From: Lytechinus pictus
Lineage: Eukaryota
Direction: 5' to 3'
DNA: 64,000 nt
Assembly: GCF_037042905.1 (NCBI RefSeq)
Contig: NC_087263.1
Coordinates: forward strand, 12,588,001-12,652,000
A program made the position numbers and the translations under genes. Positions 24,940 to 35,700 of this stretch are shown piece by piece; position 1 is the stretch's first letter; each line of letters starts with the position of its first letter. The notes beneath the pieces are model-generated. The model did not search any database and was not told where the DNA came from. It was given only the letters and a program-made list of their open reading frames with translations.

Positions 24940-27900
24940 AAGTAAAGCACTAACTATTTGTTTTTGTTTACAAATTGAAAGAAGGGAAACTCCCCTTCAC
25001 ACACCCGAAATTTGATTTAGGAGCAATCTTCCAATCAATCTTTATCAGAAAGAAAATTCATTCTAGATTACTCTTCAATATACGGAAGAAACATAGAGTA
25101 TATATAGGGGTGCGGGGTACTAAAACTAAAGCACTAGCCCGTTGCTTTTCTTTACAAATTGAAAGAAGGGAAACCCCCCTACACACACCCAAAATATATT
25201 TCAGGAGCAATCTTCCAATTGTATTTTATAAAGAGGACTTTTGGTTGAAATTTACTCCTCAATATACGAAAAAACATCGAGTATATAGGGGTGTGGGCTA
25301 CTAAAACTAAAGCACTAGCCCGTTGTTTTTCTTTACAAATTGAAAGAAGGGAAACCCCCCTACACACACCCAAAATATATTTCAGGAGCAATCTTCCAAT
25401 TGTATTTTATAAAGAGGACTTTTGGTTGAAATTTACTCCTCAATATACGAAAAAACATCGAGTATATAGGGGTGTGGGCTACTAAAACTAAAGCACTAGC
25501 CCGTTGTTTTTCTTTACAAATTGAAAGAAGGGAAACCCCCCTACACACACCCAAAATATATTTCAGGAGCAATCTTCCAATTGTATTTTATAAAGAGGAC
25601 TTTTGGTTGAAATTTACTCCTCAATATACGAAAAAACATCGAGTATATAGGGGTGTGGGCTACTAAAACTAAAGCACTAGCCCGTTGTTTTTCTTTACAA
25701 ATTGAAAGAAGAGAAACCCCCCTACACACACCCAAAATATATTTCAGGAGCAATCTTCCAATTGTATTTTATAAAGAGGACTTTTGGTTGAAATTTACTC
25801 CTCAATATACGAAAAAACATCGAGTATATAGGGGTGTGGGCTACTAAAACTAAAGCACTAGCCCGTTGTTTTTCTTTACAAATTGAAAGAAGGGAAACCC
25901 CCCTACACACACCCAAAATACATTTCAGGAGCAATCTTCCAATTGTATTTTATAAAGAGGACTTTTGGTTGAAATTTACTCCTCAATATACGAAAAAACA
26001 TCGAGTATATAGGGGTGTGGGCTACTAAAACTAAAGCACTAGCCCGTTGTTTTTCTTTACAAATTGAAAGAAGGGAAACCCCCCTACACACACCCAAAAT
26101 ATATTTCAGGAGCAATCTTCCAATTGTATTTTATAAAGAGGACTTTTGGTTGAAATTTACTCCTCAATATACGAAAAAACATCGAGTATATAGGGGTGTG
26201 GGCTACTAAAACTAAAGCACTAGCCCGTTGTTTTTCTTTACAAATTGAAAGAAGGGAAACCCCCCTACACACACCCAAAATATATTTCAGGAGCAATCTT
26301 CCAATTGTATTTTATAAAGAGGACTTTTGGTTGAAATTTACTCCTCAATATACGAAAAAACATCGAGTATATAGGGGTGTGGGCTACTAAAACTAAAGCA
26401 CTAGCCCGTTGTTTTTCTTTACAAATTGAAAGAAGGGAAACCCCCCTACACACACCCAAAATATATTTCAGGAGCAATCTTCCAATTGTATTTTATAAAG
26501 AGGACTTTTGGTTGAAATTTACTCCTCAATATACGAAAAAACATCGAGTATATAGGGGTGTGGGCTACTAAAACTAAAGCACTAGCCCGTTGTTTTTCTT
26601 TACAAATTGAAAGAAGGGAAACCCCCCTACACACACCCAAAATATATTTCAGGAGCAATCTTCCAATTGTATTTTATAAAGAGGACTTTTGGTTGAAATT
26701 TACTCCTCAATATACGAAAAAACATCGAGTATATAGGGGTGTGGGCTACTAAAACTAAAGCACTAGCCCGTTGTTTTTCTTTACAAATTGAAAGAAGGGA
26801 AACCCCCCTACACACACCCAAAATATATTTCAGGAGCAATCTTCCAATTGTATTTTATAAAGAGGACTTTTGGTTGAAATTTACTCCTCAATATACGAAA
26901 AAACATCGAGTATATAGGGGTGTGGGCTACTAAAACTAAAGCACTAGCCCGTTGTTTTTCTTTACAAATTGAAAGAAGGGAAACCCCCCTACACACACCC
27001 AAAATATATTTCAGGAGCAATCTTCCAATTGTATTTTATAAAGAGGACTTTTGGTTGAAATTTACTCCTCAATATACGAAAAAACATCGAGTATATAGGG
27101 GTGTGGGCTACTAAAACTAAAGCACTAGCCCGTTGTTTTTCTTTACAAATTGAAAGAAGGGAAACCCCCCTACACACACCCAAAATATATTTCAGGAGCA
27201 ATCTTCCAATTGTATTTTATAAAGAGGACTTTTGGTTGAAATTTACTCCTCAATATACGAAAAAACATCGAGTATATAGGGGTGTGGGCTACTAAAACTA
27301 AAGCACTAGCCCGTTGTTTTTCTTTACAAATTGAAAGAAGGGAAACCCCCCTACACACACCCAAAATATATTTCAGGAGCAATCTTCCAATTGTATTTTA
27401 TAAAGAGGACTTTTGGTTGAAATTTACTCCTCAATATACGAAAAAACATCGAGTATATAGGGGTGTGGGCTACTAAAACTAAAGCACTAGCCCGTTGTTT
27501 TTCTTTACAAATTGAAAGAAGGGAAACCCCCCTACACACACCCAAAATATATTTCAGGAGCAATCTTCCAATTGTATTTTATAAAGAGGACTTTTGGTTG
27601 AAATTTACTCCTCAATATACGAAAAAACATCGAGTATATAGGGGTGTGGGCTACTAAAACTAAAGCACTAGCCCGTTGTTTTTCTTTACAAATTGAAAGA
27701 AGGGAAACCCCCCTACACACACCCAAAATATATTTCAGGAGCAATCTTCCAATTGTATTTTATAAAGAGGACTTTTGGTTGAAATTTACTCCTCAATATA
27801 CGAAAAAACATCGAGTATATAGGGGTGTGGGCTACTAAAACTAAAGCACTAGCCCGTTGTTTTTCTTTACAAATTGAAAGAAGGGAAACCCCCCTACACA

Positions 27901-28800
27901 CACCCAAAATATATTTCAGGAGCAATCTTCCAATTGTATTTTATAAAGAGGACTTTTGGTTGAAATTTACTCCTCAATATACGAAAAAACATCGAGTATA
28001 TAGGGGTGTGGGCTACTAAAACTAAAGCACTAGCCCGTTGTTTTTCTTTACAAATTGAAAGAAGGGAAACCCCCCTACACACACCCAAAATATATTTCAG
28101 GAGCAATCTTCCAATTGTATTTTATAAAGAGGACTTTTGGTTGAAATTTACTCCTCAATATACGAAAAAACATCGAGTATATAGGGGTGTGGGCTACTAA
28201 AACTAAAGCACTAGCCCGTTGTTTTTCTTTACAAATTGAAAGAAGAGAAACCCCCCTACACACACCCAAAATATATTTCAGGAGCAATCTTCCAATTGTA
28301 TTTTATAAAGAGGACTTTTGGTTGAAATTTACTCCTCAATATACGAAAAAACATCGAGTATATAGGGGTGTGGGCTACTAAAACTAAAGCACTAGCCCGT
28401 TGTTTTTCTTTACAAATTGAAAGAAGGGAAACCCCCCTACACACACCCAAAATATATTTCAGGAGCAATCTTCCAATTGTATTTTATAAAGAGGACTTTT
28501 GGTTGAAATTTACTCCTCAATATACGAAAAAACATCGAGTATATAGGGGTGTGGGCTACTAAAACTAAAGCACTAGCCCGTTGTTTTTCTTTACAAATTG
28601 AAAGAAGGGAAACCCCCCTACACACACCCAAAATATATTTCAGGAGCAATCTTCCAATTGTATTTTATAAAGAGGACTTTTGGTTGAAATTTACTCCTCA
28701 ATATACGAAAAAACATCGAGTATATAGGGGTGTGGGCTACTAAAACTAAAGCACTAGCCCGTTGTTTTTCTTTACAAATTGAAAGAAGGGAAACCCCACC
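24940..28800 (-). repeat. Satellite array (right arm): ~21 nearly identical 181-bp monomers in inverted orientation
   Basis: Exact 181-bp period, reverse complement of the left-arm monomer. Only isolated variants are seen (e.g. ~25712, 25921, ~28246). Confidence 0.97.
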
Positions 28801-28803
28801 TGA

Positions 28804-29262
28804 GGTCTCACAGGCCTAATTCATTCCCCATAGACTCGTGTGTTAAATTGGCACTTTAAAAAATTCATAAAAAATAAGGATGAAATTCGGGGGTCGAATG
28901 TTTACTCCCAGTGGATAGGATATATATCTGGCAATCCATATCTGACCAGAAAAGGGTCCTTCGACTGGCTCATTTTAAAAATAAATTGGCGTGTTTGAAG
29001 ACATCGTCGGGGGGAGCAGATTTATCACCTCAAACAGCAAAATAGCCCTAATCCTTCCGCCAGTCAAAATACAGTCCAAAATTGGTGATATATTTGGGAA
29101 AAGGAAGTTCAGTAATTACCAAAAATAGAATCAGTGTTAGATGGAAAATCATATGCATACACTTTGTCAATCAGCCATATCAAAATTAAAAAAAATGGCA
29201 ATGGGTTATTGGCTCGAATGAATATCTATGGCCTGCCACTAGTGATTAGGCCCGTGTAGCCC
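28804..29262. mobile_element. MITE (PIF/Harbinger-like) inserted in the right arm of the foldback
   Basis: Imperfect TIR GGTCT-CACAGGCCTAAT / GGGCTACACGGGCCTAAT with TGA duplicated (28801-28803, 29263-29265). Removing it gives AAACCCCACCTGACCCCG, the exact inverse of 11453-11470. Confidence 0.8.
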
Positions 29263-29841
29263 TGACCCCGTTTGTTTGATTTCTACAAGAATGCACGCTT
29301 CTCTTCTTGCGCAAAATCCTGTATCTGATCTATCTTATATCGCGATATTGTTGGCTGGAACTGTTGGCTGGCTTGCTGTTGGCTGGCTTATTGTTGGCTC
29401 ACTTGACATAGGCCAATAAGCGCGTAAATGTGCGAATTGTCTAAAACTTTCGATCAAATCGCGCGGATATTTATGGTATCCGCAATCACCGCAGAAAGCA
29501 ACATTTTGCATGCAATCAAATGGGGATCTCAGACAAATTTTGCTATGCCCGTCGTTAAGGGGCGGGTCAGGGGGCAACGGGCAGAAATCTTGTTAACTAT
29601 GCCCGTTGCCCTTGGTTACCACCTTAGTTTGTTGTTTTGAAGGCATGGTCGTTTACATGACCTCAGTTTTGACCAATCAGAGGAACGGATTATTCGACAT
29701 TCTTAAAGAGAGGTTTATAATAAATAATATTCATACATGAATAGTTTGCAAAGTACAGAATAAAGCGGTGAGTAAACTAATAATAATAATAATATGCCTT
29801 GACTATACAACACTGATTCTTGTTGGTGAGATCGACCGGTA

Positions 29842-30095
29842 GGCCTACAGTCACACCAACGAAACCGGCTCCAGACCGATCAAAACTATTATACGTCATC
29901 ACCAATGACAAACCATCGGTCGGTTTGGAGCATAGAGATATATACTGATTAGTATACATCTCTATGGTTTGGAGTCGGTTATGTTGGTGTGACCGGCCTT
30001 GTGCTGCAGTCACACTGCGGAAACCGACTCCAGACCGATCAAAATATTACGTCATCACCAATGACATACCATCGGTCGGTTAGGAGTCGGTTTCA
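29842..30095. mobile_element. Small MITE with an adjacent partial tandem copy
   Basis: GTCACACCAAC / GTTGGTGTGAC inverted ends (~29850, ~29990). A second copy of CTCCAGACCGATCAAAA..ACGTCATCACCAATGAC..CCATCGGTCGG lies at ~30007-30090. Confidence 0.55.
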
Positions 30096-31092
30096 TGATT
30101 GAGACAAGGAAACAATTGCTCATATTCTATGTTAGTGGCTGATCTGAGTGGGGGGGGGGGGGGTGGGGTGCCGGTTAAGGAGTTTAAATTCAGTTGGTTT
30201 AATCCCCTCCACCCTTGGGCTCCCTGAAAAATATAAAGAGAAAGGGAAGAGTGGCGGATATACGGGGGGGGGGGGTTAGTAATCAGTACTTTTTTCTTTC
30301 TCTTTTTCTTTACTTGTCATTTTTTTGGAGACCAAACACCCTTAATCATTTTGGAGTGGTGACTTTTTTTGCTTGTTAAATATTTGTCACCCCCTCCCCC
30401 GCACATGAAAAGCTAGATCCGCTACTGAAATTTGTCATGCGTTTTTTTTTAAGGCTCACAAATCTATTCCTGTTTAACAATTGTTTTGTCAATTTACAAT
30501 GAAATCATACCCCAATACTTTTTTTTCGGTCATTCTATTTTCACTTTATTTTTAAGCATAATCCCCCTTCATGATGTATCTGTAATGTGTATGAACCAAA
30601 GTGCAATATTTATCTTACTCTTATGTTCTTATTTGGTTATCTTTTCGTAATTTGCAAGTATTCCTTTCATGTATTTTTCTATTTTACTGTGAACTTTGCA
30701 TGTATCAGCATTCGGACCGACGCACAGTGGGCCAGAATGAACCCAAAGTGCGCCAAAACCTATTATTCACACATCTGTACGATTAAATTTGGTAGATAGG
30801 GGTAATTTCACCCGTAGATTTCAATAAAAGTATTTTCAAATATTGATGACGTCGTTAAAATACTGTTTTCTGATTGGCTGTTAACATTTGAGAAGAAATT
30901 ACATCTTTCTAATTCTACAATAAGTTTTCAAATTTTCATAAACTAGTTTTAGAGAAATTTCAGCAATAATTAAGCATATTATCAAACAGCAAACACACAA
31001 ACAGGCAAACAAACAAACAAGAAAAGTCTGTGCTCGGGGTATACAAACAATTCAATTGGTGACTTGAGTATCGCTTAAAGAGGGCGCCCTAC

Positions 31093-34000
31093 TAGTATCC
31101 CGTAATTAGTAACCAACTGGAATAAAATTATTGGAAATGGTTTTTTGACTGATTTGAGTAGGTATCGGTGTCAACATTTACCAAAAAAAAGTTAGGAGGA
31201 ATACGGGTTGGGGAAAGTGCTTTTTTTTCAAGGTCAAAGGTCAATGACCTTTTCGTACATACTGTATAATGGTATCTCCCAGAAAAAATATTACAGGTTG
31301 GTGATCATGGTGTCAAAATGCACAGATTCTTACAAGAAGATCAAATAAAATCAAATTAAGTACCTACAATGCTCATTCACCCATGAAATTCAAGGTCAAA
31401 GCCTTTCAAAGTTCAATGACCTTTATTACATTATATACCATATACGGTATAATGGTATCTCTGAGATGAAAAGGTGCAGGTTGGTGATCTAGGTGTCAAA
31501 ATGCAGAGGTTCTTACAGGAAGATCAAATAAAATCAAATTAAATACCCAGAATGCACATTAAACAATAAAATTCAAGGTCAAAGCCTTCCAAAGGTCAAT
31601 GACCATTTTCTACATTATATATCATATACGGTATAATGCTATCTCTGAGATGAAAAGGCGCAGGTTGGTGATCTTGGTGTCATAATGCACAGATTCTTAC
31701 AAGAAGATCAAATGAAATCAAATCAAGTACCTACAATGCTCATTCACCAAATGAATGAAATTCAAGGTCAAAGCCTTTCAAAGTTCAATGACCTTTATTA
31801 CATTATATACCATATACGGTATAATGGTATCTCTGAGATGAAAAGGTGCAGGTTGGTGATCTAGGTGTCAAAATGCAGAGGTTCTTACAGGAAGATCAAA
31901 TAAAATCAAATTAAATACCCAGAATGCACATTAAACAATAAAATTCAAGGTCAAAGCCTTCCAAAGCTCAATGACCTTTTTTACATTGTATACCATATAC
32001 GGTATAATTGTATCTCTGAGATGAAAAGGTGCAGGTTGGTGATCTTGGTGTCAAAATGCAGAGGTTCTTACAGGAAGATCAAATAAAATAGAATTAAGTA
32101 CCCAGAATGCACATTAAACTATAAAATTCAAGGTAAAAGCCTTTCAAAGGTCAATGACCTTTTTTACATTATGTATCATACTGTATAATAGTATCTCTGA
32201 GATGAAACGGCACAGGTTGGTGATCGTTGTATCAAAATTCCCAGATTCTTACAGGAAGGTCAAATGAGATAAAGTTAATCACCTAGAATGCATACTAATC
32301 CATAACGTTCAAGGTCAAAGGTCAGTGACCTTTTTACATAGGCTATATATCGTATAAAGGTATCTCTAAGATAAAACGCTGCATGTTGGTGATTTTGATG
32401 TCAAAAAGCAATTTTTGCAAGAAGATAAAAAAGACTCAAAATAATCATACAGAATAATCCAATATCCAAAGTCAAAGGTCAAAAGTTGATAAATATGTCC
32501 ATGCATGATTCCCCAAAAAAAGAAATTCATCCATTATATTCACATTTTATTTGTGAATAATAGAAAGAAAGATAACTATTTGTAATGAAAACTTGGAAGT
32601 CTAATAATTTCACTCTGAAATAAGGATGAAAAATGGTCATGGAAAATATATTTAGGAGTTAAAGGTCAATCAACTATGTCAATAACGTCAGGGAATTTAA
32701 GTAAATAGGTCGATATAACGTGATTGTGGCATGTAGGTATGGTGATTCTGATGGGAAAAAGACTGACCTGCGTGGAAAAAGAACACAAATTTGATAGTTG
32801 AATCCTTGACCAATGATGATGTCAAAATACAAGTTCGATGTAAAATTGAATCAAGATTCATCAAATAGCACTTTTTCTTATAATATACTGTAATGCATTG
32901 ACAAAAGTGTAAAAAAAATTGAAATTTGAAATGGTGACAGTGGTGAAGTTACCTAAAGTAGCAGCATTTAGATATGCATTTTATAAATCTAAATCAAGGT
33001 ACTAATTTCTCTGTAGCAATAGGTCACTAACCCCAAATGCTACAATCAATACTATAACACTATAACTTAATCTGTAAATGGAAAGGATAGGCCTAACTCT
33101 TATGGCAAGCATCATCCGAGAACATTTTCATATAGCCAGGGACAATGACGAATAATTAAAATAAGGCAATCATTAGAGCTGCAGCTTTTGTCATAGATGA
33201 AGTTAAGTGTCTCAACTTCAGCAAAGAGTAATTGAACTCTTGAAAACCTTCTGACATTTTCAAGACTTTCTGGCCCATTCAATGAAAGCTTTACGTTCTG
33301 TCAAGGGATATCAGACCAGGATCTATATTATTACTGATAATTGCACAGCTTGATTCTCAAGGACGGGAAGTGGTGCTGTAGTTTTGTTAGGTCGATGGAT
33401 GTGTACTTGTAAGCTATTATCTCCTTTTGAATTTCATTGTTATATGCCTAATTTGTGTATGATAACAATCAGTTATTCTGGACCAAAAACATGATCCTTG
33501 TACAAACTGATACCTAGTAGAAATAGCATCATGGGTTACGTACGACAGAGAGCAGATATGAAGTTTTGTCTTGCAGCATTATCATCACAAGAGATTCTGG
33601 CAGCTCGCAATGAACTGATGAAAGGTAATTAATAATAATACGGGAATTCACTTTTGTTGAAGTTGATATATATGTAATTTACTACATGTATGACAGAAGC
33701 TGCAGCTCTAATGATCATGATGATGGCCTTCATTTCATCATCATCATCATCCCTCTGCTGTTTGAAATGCTCTCAGATGATGCTAGCTGTGACATGAGAG
33801 TTAGACCTGTCCTATCCATTTTCAGAAGATTAAGCTTATAGTTTATAATATTTATTATAGCATTGAGGTGAGTGGCCTATCGCTGGAGAGAAAAGACACG
33901 ACAACCTTGATTTAGATATAATGATTCATTAAATGCTGCTACTTAAGATAAAAATCATTTCAAATTATATACTTGATTTCATTTATTTTTTCAGTGCTTT

Positions 34001-35257
34001 TGGCAATGCATCGCAGTATATGAAAAAGTGTTATTTGGTTATCAACTTTTTTTACTTAATTTCCACTGATATTTTGGAAAGGGCTCATTGACCTCTGACC
34101 CCTAAATACATTCTCCATGGCCTTCATTATTTCAGACCAAAATTATGAAATCTCTATGTTTTCATTACAAATTAGCCATGGTTATTTACATTATTCAGAT
34201 ATAAAATATGAACACAAAAGATATTGTTTTTGGTTATTTTTATGTCATATAGATTATACATGTATATTTCCTCTGATCTAGGATTTAAAGGGTGAAAGTT
34301 TATTCTTTATCCTTATTTTAGTGTTTGGATTTTGACACCAAGATCACCAACCTGCGGTGTTTTATCTCAAAGATACCATTATTATTATCTAGTGTTAAAA
34401 AGGACATTGACCTTTGTCCTTGAATTTTATGGGTGAATGTGCATTCTCGATGCTTAATTTTATTCTATCTTCCTGTAAGAATATGCGTGTTTTGACACCA
34501 AGAACACCAACCTGCACCGTTTTATCTTAGAGATACAATTATATAATATGGTATATATAGTATAAAAGGTCATTGACCTTTGGCCTTAAATTTTATGCGT
34601 GAATGTGCATTCTATGTACTTAATTTTATTCTATTTGATCTTCTGGTAAGAATCTGTGCATTTTGACACCATGATCACCAACCTGTGCGTTTTCATCTCA
34701 GGGATACCATTATACAGTATGGTATATAATGTAAATAGGTCATTGACCTTTGAAAAGCTTTGACCTTGGATTTTATTGGTGAATGTGCATTCTAGGTACT
34801 TCAGTTTATTTTATTTGATCTTCTTGTAAGAATCTGTACATTTTGACACCATGATCACCAGCATGTACCTTATCATCTCAGAGATACCATTATACGGTAT
34901 GGTATATAATGTAAAAAAGGTCATTGACCTTTTGAAAGGCTTTGACCTTGAATTTTATAGGTGAATGTGCATTCTAGGTCATTAATTTTATTCTATTTGA
35001 TATTCTGGTAAGAATTTGTGCATTTCGACACCATTATCACCAACATGCGCATTTCCATCTCAGAGATACCATTATACAGTATGTACGAAAAGGTCATTGA
35101 CCTTTGACCTTGAAAAAAAGCACTTTCCCCAACCCGTATTCCTCCTAACTTTTTTTTGGTAAATGTTGACACCCATACCTACTCAAATCAGTCAAAAAAC
35201 CATTTCCAATAATTTTATTCCAGATTGGCTCTTTTGTGGTCTAATTTAGGGATACTA
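31093..35257. mobile_element. Palindromic non-autonomous Academ-like element nested in the Transib element
   Basis: TAGTATCCC / GGGATACTA termini with a 3-bp TSD TAC (31090-31092, 35258-35260). Near-identical inverted ends of ~170 bp are followed by inverted arrays of ~183-bp units, with weaker symmetry inward to ~33190/33695. Confidence 0.75.
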
Positions 35258-35509
35258 TACCATGAATCCGGAATTGTAAAATTCAAAGTGAAATTGTAAA
35301 AAAAAAAATGCAAAGGAGTATTTTCATTCCCTGGGTACAATGATTAACCACACCTACATGAATTAAAATGGATTGATACCAGAAGTGGACAGTGAAATCT
35401 TTAAAAAAATTATTCCAATGATAAATAATAGAGACCGGGTCCTCTGCAGGTTAATCAGTACAAGGCCCTACAAGGCCTACCTATTTCACCAAGAACGGCG
35501 TATACAAAG

Positions 35510-35700
35510 TTATTCCGAATCAGAGTCTCTCTCTGCCATCTCACCAACTATTATGTCTTTGGTTAGAGGATCTTTTAGCATACTTTGAACATCAGGGGGA
35601 AGAGGCTGTGATTGTTGTACTCTTAAAAACTTGCTACTAATCACAATGTCACCTGTTACTATTAGTCTGTGGAATACATGTATATAAAGTCAATGAGAGT
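35510..35700 (-). pseudogene. Decayed C-terminal fragment of a Transib transposase
   Basis: Minus strand reads TLID..(frame break at TATATACATGTA)..FHRLIVTGDIVISSKFLRVQQSQPLPPDVQSMLKDP...DSDSE*. This resembles the Transib C-terminal motif TxxDVFxRLLxSSDPxISS..L+.EV..LL followed by an acidic tail. Confidence 0.6.

Larger units (their letters stand above)
11320..29403. mobile_element. ~18-kb foldback-type element with satellite-array inverted arms
   Basis: The ~140-bp outer segment 11320-11463 is the reverse complement of 29263-29403 plus 28790-28803. Inward, both arms continue as oppositely oriented arrays of the same 181-bp monomer. No transposase ORF. Confidence 0.8.
10444..29730. mobile_element. 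Hairpin-ended non-autonomous element (Crypton-like by inference) enclosing the giant foldback
   Basis: A ~160-bp imperfect hairpin spans 10444-10605. Its motif AGGCATGGT(T/C)GTTT recurs at 29641, followed by CCAATCAG. GGTTTATAATAAATA at ~29712-29726 is an imperfect inverse of TATATTTTATGAACC at ~10603-10617. No TSD seen. Confidence 0.4.

Noticed and set aside
11612..28743. Dozens of near-identical 64-88 aa ORFs (MLLKYILG..., MWATKTK..., MKEGKPP...)
   Set aside because: By-products of the 181-bp satellite. They overlap on both strands, mostly start at non-ATG codons, shift frame each monomer and have no recognisable domain.
11464..28800. CRISPR-like array
   Set aside because: The units are contiguous tandem monomers with no unique spacers, there are no cas genes, and the context is eukaryotic.
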